16,544 bases of DNA from an uncultured Candidatus Micrarchaeota archaeon (GTDB lineage: Archaea; Micrarchaeota; Micrarchaeia; Micrarchaeales; Micrarchaeaceae): NCBI GenBank assembly GCA_963741095.1, contig CAVUGN010000010.1, positions 1 through 16,544 on the forward strand. The letters run 5' to 3'. This document shows, piece after piece, positions 8,527 through 15,526 of the stretch (position 1 is its first letter; each line of letters begins with the position of its first letter). The position numbers were made by a program, and so were the translations under genes. The notes beneath the pieces are model-generated. The model was not told the origin of the DNA, did not search any database, and saw nothing but the letters and a program-made list of their open reading frames with translations.

Positions 8527-10893
8527 ATGCTCGAGGAATACAACTCCAAAGAGGTAGAGCGAAAGCTGATCGACTTCTGGGAGAAGGAAAAGATCCACAA
8601 ATTCGATGCGGATTCGAAAAAGAAGGTGTACTCGATAGACACGCCTCCGGCCACGGTCACCGGCGACCTGCACATCGGGCATTTGATGTCCTACACGCAG
8701 ATGGATTTCATCGCAAGATACAAGCGCATGCGCGGCTACAACCTGTTCTACCCCTACGGCATGGACAGCAACGGCCTGCCGACCGAGAACTTCGTCGAAA
8801 AGGAGTACGGCGTCGTTGCTGACAGGCTGGGAAAGGAGAAATTCCTTGAACTGGTGGAGAAGACGATTGAGAGCCACCAGAGCGTTTACGACAACATATG
8901 GCGTTCGATAGCGCTCTCGGTCGATTGGTCCTTGTACTACAACACGCTGGGACATGACGAGCAGAGGACATCCCAGCTCTCGTTCATCGAATTGTGCGGG
9001 ATGGGCCGGGCCTACCGGAAAGAGACGCCCGCGCTCTGGTGCCCGACGCACAAGACAACCGTTTCGCAGATAGAGCTGGAGGATATACCCGAAAAGACGA
9101 CCCTGGTCTACGTAAAATTTTCCGATGACCTGACCATAGCCACCACCAGGGCGGAGCTCCTTCCCGCCTGCGTTGCAATCTTCGTGAATCCAGAAGACGG
9201 GAAGCACGCCGGCCTTGTCGGCAAATCCGTCCGGGTGCCGCTCTTCGGGAATGAAGTCAAGGTGCTTGCGGACAGCAGGGTCGACCCCGAATTCGGGACC
9301 GGCGTTGTCATGTGCTGCACCTTCGGCGACCAGACGGACATCGAGTGGTACAAGGCATACAACCTGGAACTGAAGACGGCCATCAACGATTCCGGCATAA
9401 TGACCTACGGCAAATACGCTGGTATGAAGCCCGTGGTGGCAAGGAAAGCCATAATCGAAGAGCTCAGGCTTGAGGGAAGAGTGCTGAAAGAGGAGGCAAT
9501 AGAGCACAACATAAAAGTTCATGAACGGGGAAAGCACCCGATCGAATTCATGGTGAAGCCGCAGTGGTTCGTAAAAGTGCTGGACATGAAGGAGGAGCTG
9601 CTCAGGCTCGGCAACGAGCTGAAGTGGCATCCCGAGTACATGCACATCAGGTACGACAATTGGGTGAAGGGTCTCCAGTGGGACTGGTGCATATCGCGCC
9701 AGCGCTTCTTCGGCATACCCTTCCCCGTCTGGTACTGCAAAAAATGCGGGGAGATGAAGCTCGCAAAAAAAGAGCAGCTTCCTGTCAATCCTCTCGTGGA
9801 CAAGCCGGAAGGGAAGTGCGAAAAATGCGGCTCGGTCGATTTTTCGCCGGAAACCGACGTGCTGGACACATGGGCAACCTCTTCGTGCACTCCGCTGATA
9901 CTGGCTAGATGGGCCACGGACAAAAAGTACATGGGCAAGATATACCCCATGTCGCTAAGGCCGCAGGGGAATGACATAATATCATTCTGGCTATTCACAA
10001 CAATCGTAAAATGCTACCTGCACACGAAGAAGCTGCCCTGGGCGGACGCGTTCATATCCGGTTACGCCCTGGATCCGAAGAGCAGGCCGATGCACAAGTC
10101 CCTTGGCAACGTGATAGCGGCGCTTCCCGCCATAGAGAAGTACGGCGCCGACGCGATCAGGTACTGGTCCGGCACCACGAACCTCGGCGAGGACTCCTCC
10201 TTCCAGGAAAAAGAGATGAAGAGCGCGCAGAGGCTGGTGAACAAGCTGTGGAATGTCGCGAAATTCATCGAAAAGACTGACAGCGTCAGCTTCGACAGGA
10301 AGCCTGGGCGCGTCATGGACAGGTGGATGCTCTCCAAGCTGCAGCTTCTGATCAAAAAAGCGACTGCCGACTTCGAGGAATTCAACTATGCCGCGGCAAA
10401 GAGGTCCGTCGAAGAGTTTTTCTGGTCCTTCAGCGACAACTACCTCGAATTCATAAAATACAGGATATACTCCGGCGACAAGTCTCCCGACTACGCGCTC
10501 AACACGGTGTTCTTCGCATCCCTGAAGCTTCTGGCGCCTTTCATGCCCTTCATAACCGAGGAGATCTACCAGAAGCTTTACCGGGACAAGATCGAATCCG
10601 GCGCTCCGGTCTCGATACACGTCTCGGAGTGGCCCGTGTTCGAAGAGAAGCTTCTTGACCAGGACAGCCTAAAGCAGGGCGACGAAGCGCAGATCACAAT
10701 AGAATTCATAAGGCAATGGAAGCACAAGAACAAATTCGCGCTCAACGCCGAGCTGAAAGAAGTAATGATCAACAAGGACTTCGGGGAGACGGCCGAGGAC
10801 ATCAAGGGCGCAATGAACATAAAGGCGCTGACCAAGGGCGAGGGCTCGATGCAGATCCCCGAAACGGACATCACGGTGTCAATAACAAAATAG
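8527..10893 (+). CDS. valS: Valine--tRNA ligase, archaeal type
   Basis: IDTPP, HIGH, FGTGVVMCCTFGD editing-domain motif, DWCISRQRFFG, DVLDTWATSS, LRPQGNDII, KMSKS-equivalent PMHKS. 788 aa, GGAG RBS. Confidence 0.96.
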   Translation: MLEEYNSKEVERKLIDFWEKEKIHKFDADSKKKVYSIDTPPATVTGDLHIGHLMSYTQMDFIARYKRMRGYNLFYPYGMDSNGLPTENFVEKEYGVVADRLGKEKFLELVEKTIESHQSVYDNIWRSIALSVDWSLYYNTLGHDEQRTSQLSFIELCGMGRAYRKETPALWCPTHKTTVSQIELEDIPEKTTLVYVKFSDDLTIATTRAELLPACVAIFVNPEDGKHAGLVGKSVRVPLFGNEVKVLADSRVDPEFGTGVVMCCTFGDQTDIEWYKAYNLELKTAINDSGIMTYGKYAGMKPVVARKAIIEELRLEGRVLKEEAIEHNIKVHERGKHPIEFMVKPQWFVKVLDMKEELLRLGNELKWHPEYMHIRYDNWVKGLQWDWCISRQRFFGIPFPVWYCKKCGEMKLAKKEQLPVNPLVDKPEGKCEKCGSVDFSPETDVLDTWATSSCTPLILARWATDKKYMGKIYPMSLRPQGNDIISFWLFTTIVKCYLHTKKLPWADAFISGYALDPKSRPMHKSLGNVIAALPAIEKYGADAIRYWSGTTNLGEDSSFQEKEMKSAQRLVNKLWNVAKFIEKTDSVSFDRKPGRVMDRWMLSKLQLLIKKATADFEEFNYAAAKRSVEEFFWSFSDNYLEFIKYRIYSGDKSPDYALNTVFFASLKLLAPFMPFITEEIYQKLYRDKIESGAPVSIHVSEWPVFEEKLLDQDSLKQGDEAQITIEFIRQWKHKNKFALNAELKEVMINKDFGETAEDIKGAMNIKALTKGEGSMQIPETDITVSITK

Positions 10894-11172
10894 CGTCTAG
10901 GAAAACCGTGAGATCCGCGAATCTAAGATTGGGCAGTGGCATTTTTGTTTGGAAGCCCCGGAAGGTCTGTCGTCGTAAAGCGAGCTTCCCTAACAACGTT
11001 GTATAACGACAAACATGTTGATGAGCGTTGCTTATTGTCATTCAATGTTGAAAATGTGCTAATCTCAATCCATATAACGTTATTTATCCGTAAATTCTTA
11101 GATGAAAACATGAAGATAAGGCGGTTAAGTACTATCATCATGTTGCTTGTATTTGGGGTGTAACATCTAACC

Positions 11173-11203
11173 GAAAGCTTATAATAAACATAACGTTTAT
11201 TAT
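11173..11203 (+). promoter_or_regulatory. TA operon promoter with inverted-repeat operator
   Basis: GAAAG-CTTATA (BRE/TATA) overlapped by perfect 9-bp inverted repeat ATAATAAAC (11181-11189) / GTTTATTAT (11195-11203), ending just before ATG 11210. Confidence 0.65.
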
Positions 11204-11209
11204 TAATAT

Positions 11210-11812
11210 ATGGAGAATCTTAGCAGAACTGTTCTTGCAGCCATTAGGGACTCAAATGCAGGCATTTCCACACTCGATGTGCTTGAGAGCCTAAGGCTAT
11301 GCGATACCTTCACCTTAAAAACCACTCTGAGCAGATTGGGCAAAGCAGGAAAGATTCTACGCCTTAAACGGGGCGTCTACGCAACAAATCCACTCAAGGA
11401 TGCGTTTTCGGCAGCCCAAGCGACATTCAGCGGTTATATCGGGTTCTCTTCCGCCCTATACATCCATAAGCTGATTGCAGAATCGCCATTCTCCATCACT
11501 GTTGTGACAACCGACAAATCTGCATCCAAGGCGTTCGGAGCATATGAGTTCAGGGCCGTAGCGCTTAAAGAAAGGGCCGTGGGGTTCGAAAGCATCGGGA
11601 ATCTGATTGTTTCTACAAAGGCCAAGACGCTCTTCGATTGCACATACCTCGAAAGATACTCGATTGAAAAGGAAAAGATCATCGAAGCATACAATGCAAA
11701 CTCCCTGAGCACCAAAGAATGGAAGGAATTTGATTCCTACGTAACCCGCTTCATTAATACGGGGATGCGATACAAGTTCGATGAGATAAAGAAGAGAATA
11801 ACCAAGAGTTGA
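11210..11812 (+). CDS. Type IV TA antitoxin / transcriptional regulator, AbiEi family
   Basis: N-terminal wHTH (TLSRLGKAGKILRLKRGVY), then YIGFSSALYIHKL and STKAKTLFDC. Directly upstream of an AbiEii-type gene. Confidence 0.85.
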   Translation: MENLSRTVLAAIRDSNAGISTLDVLESLRLCDTFTLKTTLSRLGKAGKILRLKRGVYATNPLKDAFSAAQATFSGYIGFSSALYIHKLIAESPFSITVVTTDKSASKAFGAYEFRAVALKERAVGFESIGNLIVSTKAKTLFDCTYLERYSIEKEKIIEAYNANSLSTKEWKEFDSYVTRFINTGMRYKFDEIKKRITKS

Positions 11813-11818
11813 TGGATA

Positions 11819-12616
11819 ATGGAACTTGACATTGAGGTGTGCAGGACTATCGCAGTACGCTACGGGCTGCCGCTCCAGTTCGTCGTGAAGGAGTTCCACT
11901 TAATGGATGCGGTGGGAATGATTGCCGAGTTTGTTTCCCATAAGCCTGATTCATTGGTATTCAAAGGAGGCACGGCACTCAATAAGGTGTATCTGGAAAA
12001 AATGCAGAGATTCTCCGAAGATGCCGACTTCGACCTTGTGACAAAAGACGCCAAACGGGAACTTCTGAGCTTCTGCAAAGAGCTTGCCGCAAGCATGAAA
12101 GGCTATGAGGTGGCAGAGTTTCGAAAAGTGCGCGACACCATTCAATTTTATTGTGAATATGAAAGCCCTCTTGGCGAGGATCATATCCGAATCGATGTCT
12201 CACCGAAAAAGCTCATTACGGCTATGCCGGTCGCCAACAAAACTGCGGTTTCCGAATTTGCCCACGCATCAGTAAGCGGTCTGATAGTCTATTCGCTCGA
12301 GGACCTTACTGCACGAAAACTTAATGCGCTTGCAACACGCAGCGAAGGAAAAGACCTGTATGACTGCCATGCCGCCCTGCCACTCTGTAGCCCTGCCGTG
12401 CTTAAAAATGCAATCACGCAGATGCTCAAATCTGAGGGTAAAAAGGAAAGCGCATCAGAATTCATGCAAAAAGCGCTTCACGCGCTTAGGAATAGCGATC
12501 CCAAGAAGCTGCGCAACCTGACAAATCCATTCATACCATTCGCCCTGCGCCCCAAAAACTGGGAAGAATTGAAAAACGACCTGCTGATAAAACTCGAGGA
12601 GCTTGGCGTATTCTAA
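11819..12616 (+). CDS. Type IV TA toxin, AbiEii/DUF1814 nucleotidyltransferase
   Basis: FKGGTALNKVY, RFSEDADF and ARKLNALATRSEGKDLYD motifs. Confidence 0.9.
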   Translation: MELDIEVCRTIAVRYGLPLQFVVKEFHLMDAVGMIAEFVSHKPDSLVFKGGTALNKVYLEKMQRFSEDADFDLVTKDAKRELLSFCKELAASMKGYEVAEFRKVRDTIQFYCEYESPLGEDHIRIDVSPKKLITAMPVANKTAVSEFAHASVSGLIVYSLEDLTARKLNALATRSEGKDLYDCHAALPLCSPAVLKNAITQMLKSEGKKESASEFMQKALHALRNSDPKKLRNLTNPFIPFALRPKNWEELKNDLLIKLEELGVF

Positions 12617-12972
12617 GTCATGATTTGATATACTGTCAAGCCTCCTGAGAGAGCGCAATTGAGGCTCATTTAAGCCCTGAGAGGGCTCTAGCTGCCTGGG
12701 TTCTATGCCCTAAGTTGTTGTTCATAGAACTACCACTTACCATTAGGCATGCTAGCTATATAAAAGCCCTCATTGTATTCGGAACCGGCAAGAAACACGC
12801 AAAAGGCAAGAACGGCGAGACTGTCGTCATGCAACTGGACAACAATTGGATTGATTATGTTAGGTTAGTGGTTCAAATTAGATCGGGAGCAGATCGTTAC
12901 GGGGATATAGCTAACAGGAAGAAATGTCCCCTTTTTACTACCATAAATATGAAATGAGGGGATTTATAGCTT

Positions 12973-13019
12973 GCGAGGGCAGGTGGGGCGGTGAGGGGTC
13001 TGGGGTCTGAACTGCCAAA
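12973..13019 (+). repeat. G-rich degenerate direct repeat, copy 1 (contains a four-tract G-quadruplex motif)
   Basis: GCGAGGGC-AGGTGGGGC-GGTGAGGGGTCTGGGGTCTG-AACTGCCAAA shares four blocks, in order, with 15404-15442. Confidence 0.55.
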
Positions 13020-13066
13020 ACACAAGCTTTTTAAGCCTTTTCAGAGATGCTAGGACAGGTGAAACT

Positions 13067-13096
13067 ATGGACGGAGGAGGACAAGGAGGAGGCTAA
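13067..13096 (+). other. Micro-ORF MDGGGQGGG with TATA box and RBS
   Basis: TTTTTAAG at 13028-13035, AGGTGA at 13057-13062, then ATG GAC GGA GGA GGA CAA GGA GGA GGC TAA. Confidence 0.4.
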
Positions 13097-13133
13097 TTCA
13101 AGATAACATATTCAGGATACTCACTACTAATTG

Positions 13134-14570
13134 CTATACGCCCTGCTGCGTTAGCTCTTCTCCTCGGAAGCCTATTTCTGGCCTGACTTTTCTTCGGGTT
13201 CCGTAGTCTATTTTCTCGCTTGGAAGATCCATCGAGTATAACTCTACTAGTTTGTCGTAATGGTGCACCGTGTGCCTGTTATCGAACTTGCGATAACACG
13301 GACGGCCAACAATCACGCCCGATATTAGCGATGTGGTAAGTTTTGCGCTGCTGACTTTTTTCCTGAGCTCTTCCTCCACCTCCTGGAGCATGTTCTCGCC
13401 GTATACAGGCATGACCAGCATCGTGCTGTACGGCGTTTGTATGTCGCCTTCAAGCACGAATTTGTTGGTCTGGTGCGGGGTATCCGCGATTATGTCCAGC
13501 CAAAAATTTGCCCTTTCTTCATCAAATTTGATGTTGTCCATAACTTCCATGAAGATTATGGCATTGTATCGTATTGGCAGGTTGCCCATCGTTATCGTGG
13601 TGCGTTTTATTACGCTCCTGTCAAGAAGCTTGTAATACACATTGTTGGCGGTTTCTGCCCTGAACCCGTGCTTCTCGTCTATATCGGTGAATTTGGCATC
13701 GCCATTTTCGCAAAGGTCTTTTAGGACATCGTATTCTTTGGTGGTCAGCTCCCCTTTTGCGGGCCTAGGCCTGCCTTTTGACCTGTGCCACACCCTCCCT
13801 TTCAAGAGCCCAAAAAATTCGCTTCGTATGGGTACGAAGCCATAATACGGATAGAAAGGCGTTGTGACCCAATGCGAAACGTACTTTTTCAATGGTGTTT
13901 CAGACTTCAGCCGGTATATCAGGTGGTTTAGTTGTTCATTGTCTTCGGCTAGGATGTAAACGAGCACGTCGTATTCGCCTTTGGTCAATGCAACCAGTTG
14001 TATCCGCGGCTCGTTCTCCAAGGACTCTTTGAGCTCTGCAATGGTAGGGAAATCATCGACAAACTTTATGAACGCGATGTAGTCCAGATAACCTAATTTT
14101 TCGGTGTCGATCTCGGCGGTATACTTTATATCGTATCTCTCTTCAATGTTCTTTACTTGATATGAAGTCGCGGTGCTGCTTAATTTGAGCATGCCGCTTA
14201 TGAAATGCGCAGGCGCCCTGCCATTCATGCTGAGCACCCTGAGTATCGTGTGTTCGTATTTGTGTTCGTCTGGTGGCGCCCTTCCTTCTATTCTACTGAC
14301 AGGGGATAATGCCGTTTCTTGTGGTTTCGGTTCGTTTTGGGCTTTTGAAGGTCTTCCCCTCTTGTTGGAGGTAGGTACAAATGTTCCGTCGTCTTTTATT
14401 CGGCCGAGGTACCATGTCTTTGTATGCGGTCTCTTCAATGCCTTATCCCATTTGCTTTTGTAGCCGAACACGCAGAAGCGGTTTTTTAATATTTTTACCT
14501 GTAGCCCGACGCTGCTCCTTGCTTTCATATCCTCGAAAGCCTTTGCCACTTTTCCAGGTAATGCTCGCAT
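13134..14570 (-). CDS. Tandem (double) Lrp/AsnC-family regulator with N-terminal extension
   Basis: HTH1 EHTILRVLSMNGRA...YTAEIDTEKLGY followed by RAM-like LTKGEYDVLVY. HTH2 EYDVLKDLCENGDAKFTDI...YYKLLDRSVIKR followed by a second RAM-like region. About 100-aa basic N-terminal extension. Confidence 0.82.
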   Translation of the reverse strand: MRALPGKVAKAFEDMKARSSVGLQVKILKNRFCVFGYKSKWDKALKRPHTKTWYLGRIKDDGTFVPTSNKRGRPSKAQNEPKPQETALSPVSRIEGRAPPDEHKYEHTILRVLSMNGRAPAHFISGMLKLSSTATSYQVKNIEERYDIKYTAEIDTEKLGYLDYIAFIKFVDDFPTIAELKESLENEPRIQLVALTKGEYDVLVYILAEDNEQLNHLIYRLKSETPLKKYVSHWVTTPFYPYYGFVPIRSEFFGLLKGRVWHRSKGRPRPAKGELTTKEYDVLKDLCENGDAKFTDIDEKHGFRAETANNVYYKLLDRSVIKRTTITMGNLPIRYNAIIFMEVMDNIKFDEERANFWLDIIADTPHQTNKFVLEGDIQTPYSTMLVMPVYGENMLQEVEEELRKKVSSAKLTTSLISGVIVGRPCYRKFDNRHTVHHYDKLVELYSMDLPSEKIDYGTRRKVRPEIGFRGEELTQQGV

Positions 14571-14574
14571 ATGG

Positions 14575-14752
14575 TATAAATTACATATAGAATATATATT
14601 TATTGCTTCCTATGCGACAGATATCTGCATAGGTAATATGGTATATAAAAAGATTGCTCCAACAGATAATTAGTTAAAATATGTATAAATTTAATCTAAA
14701 CTTGTATTATGGCTTAGTTACGGCAGAATTTTATCCAGGTCGATTATATATA
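14575..14752. promoter_or_regulatory. AT-rich divergent promoter region with a near-perfect palindrome
   Basis: CCTATGC[GAC]AGAT/ATCTGCATAGG at 14609-14633. TATA-like boxes on both strands (TTTTTATA on - at about 14644-14651; TTATATA on + at about 14745-14751). Confidence 0.55.
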
Positions 14753-14900
14753 CAACCCTGTTCACAAACATATGTGGGTGGAGAGGATGATTGGGGTGGA
14801 AGTAAGCATTTTTCTAAGGCCAGCGCAGGCTCTGTCCAGAGTCTCACCACATGCTTCCGCGGTACAATCCTCTACCCCTAACGATCAATAGGGTGGTAGA

Positions 14901-15091
14901 ATGGGTGTAAGCGCAAGGATGAGCAGATTTTCTCAGGAAACGACAGGAGCGTTCTAGTGCGGGTGCGCATGGACAGCGTGGAGGGCAAGGCGTACTGCAG
15001 GGAGAGCGAGGTGGGCGGCTACATATCGGAGATGATGAAGCTGTCAGCCGGAAGCATGAGCGTCATGATAGACGCGAATCCAAGAGGTTGA
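14901..15091 (+). CDS. Small hypothetical protein (about 63 aa); needs one extra G just after the ATG
   Basis: GGGTGGT RBS then ATG 14901. The long open frame begins at GGG 14903 (GCKRKDEQIFSGNDRSVLVRVRMDSVEGKAYC...NPRG*). Internal GTG/ATG starts are also possible. Not in the ORF track. Confidence 0.45.
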
Positions 15092-15133
15092 TCCAGTAAC
15101 GTTAAGTGGGTGTAAAGTAAACCGGGTGGAAAA

Positions 15134-15400
15134 TTGACAACAAACAAGCTAGCGCGAGCCAGCGGAAGCGGCAAGAAAGGATTGTGCAGGACCGTATTCC
15201 TGCAGCTGAAAGGCGGGAACGGCGACCTTGCGGAGAGGCTGATGGACATATGGCGCAGGCAGCACATTCCTCTTTACGACCGCAATGGAGACTGCGTGGC
15301 CGAGGTCAGATTCTATAGGGATCGAAGCGAGCTGAAGGATGCAAAAGACCGGGCGTCGCATGGCATCGGCAGGGCCTTCGTATCGATGGTCGAAGGATGA
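15134..15400 (+). CDS. Small hypothetical protein (88 aa)
   Basis: GGGTGG RBS 4 nt before TTG 15134. Codon style resembles the GC-richer genes. No recognisable motif. Confidence 0.6.
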   Translation: MTTNKLARASGSGKKGLCRTVFLQLKGGNGDLAERLMDIWRRQHIPLYDRNGDCVAEVRFYRDRSELKDAKDRASHGIGRAFVSMVEG

Positions 15401-15403
15401 ACG

Positions 15404-15442
15404 GCAAGGGCGTGGTGGGGCAGGGTCTGGATAACTGCCAAA
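15404..15442 (+). repeat. G-rich degenerate direct repeat, copy 2
   Basis: GCAAGGGC-GTGGTGGGGC-AGGGTCTGG-AT-AACTGCCAAA. Confidence 0.55.
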
Positions 15443-15526
15443 TGACGATGCATAACCGAGTATATAAGTATCTCTTAGGGGAAAATAGTGGTATGGTATA
15501 TATGATAAGAAAGATAGGTGGTTTGC

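Noticed and set aside
8470-10874. Long minus-strand ORFs (391, 209, 159 aa) and alternate-frame ORFs in valS
   Set aside because: Expected shadow ORFs from biased codon usage in a GC-rich gene.
10923-11163. Two overlapping opposite-strand 72-75 aa ORFs; faint similarity of the - strand (TATATGGA...TTAGCA) to the antitoxin 5' end
   Set aside because: No protein motifs, and the similarity is too short to call a duplicated remnant.
12715-12957. 80-aa + strand ORF
   Set aside because: TTG start lies inside a predicted stem-loop and upstream of the only TATA-like box; no RBS or motif.
12940-12962. GAAATGAGGGG resembling an archaeal ORB with G-string
   Set aside because: Lacks the properly spaced TCCA half, is single-copy, and there is no orc1/cdc6 gene in the window.
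14815-14829. TAAGGCCAGCGCAGG resembling the 3' part of a TPP riboswitch
   Set aside because: The upstream CUGAGA and ACCUGA elements are absent and no thiamine gene follows.
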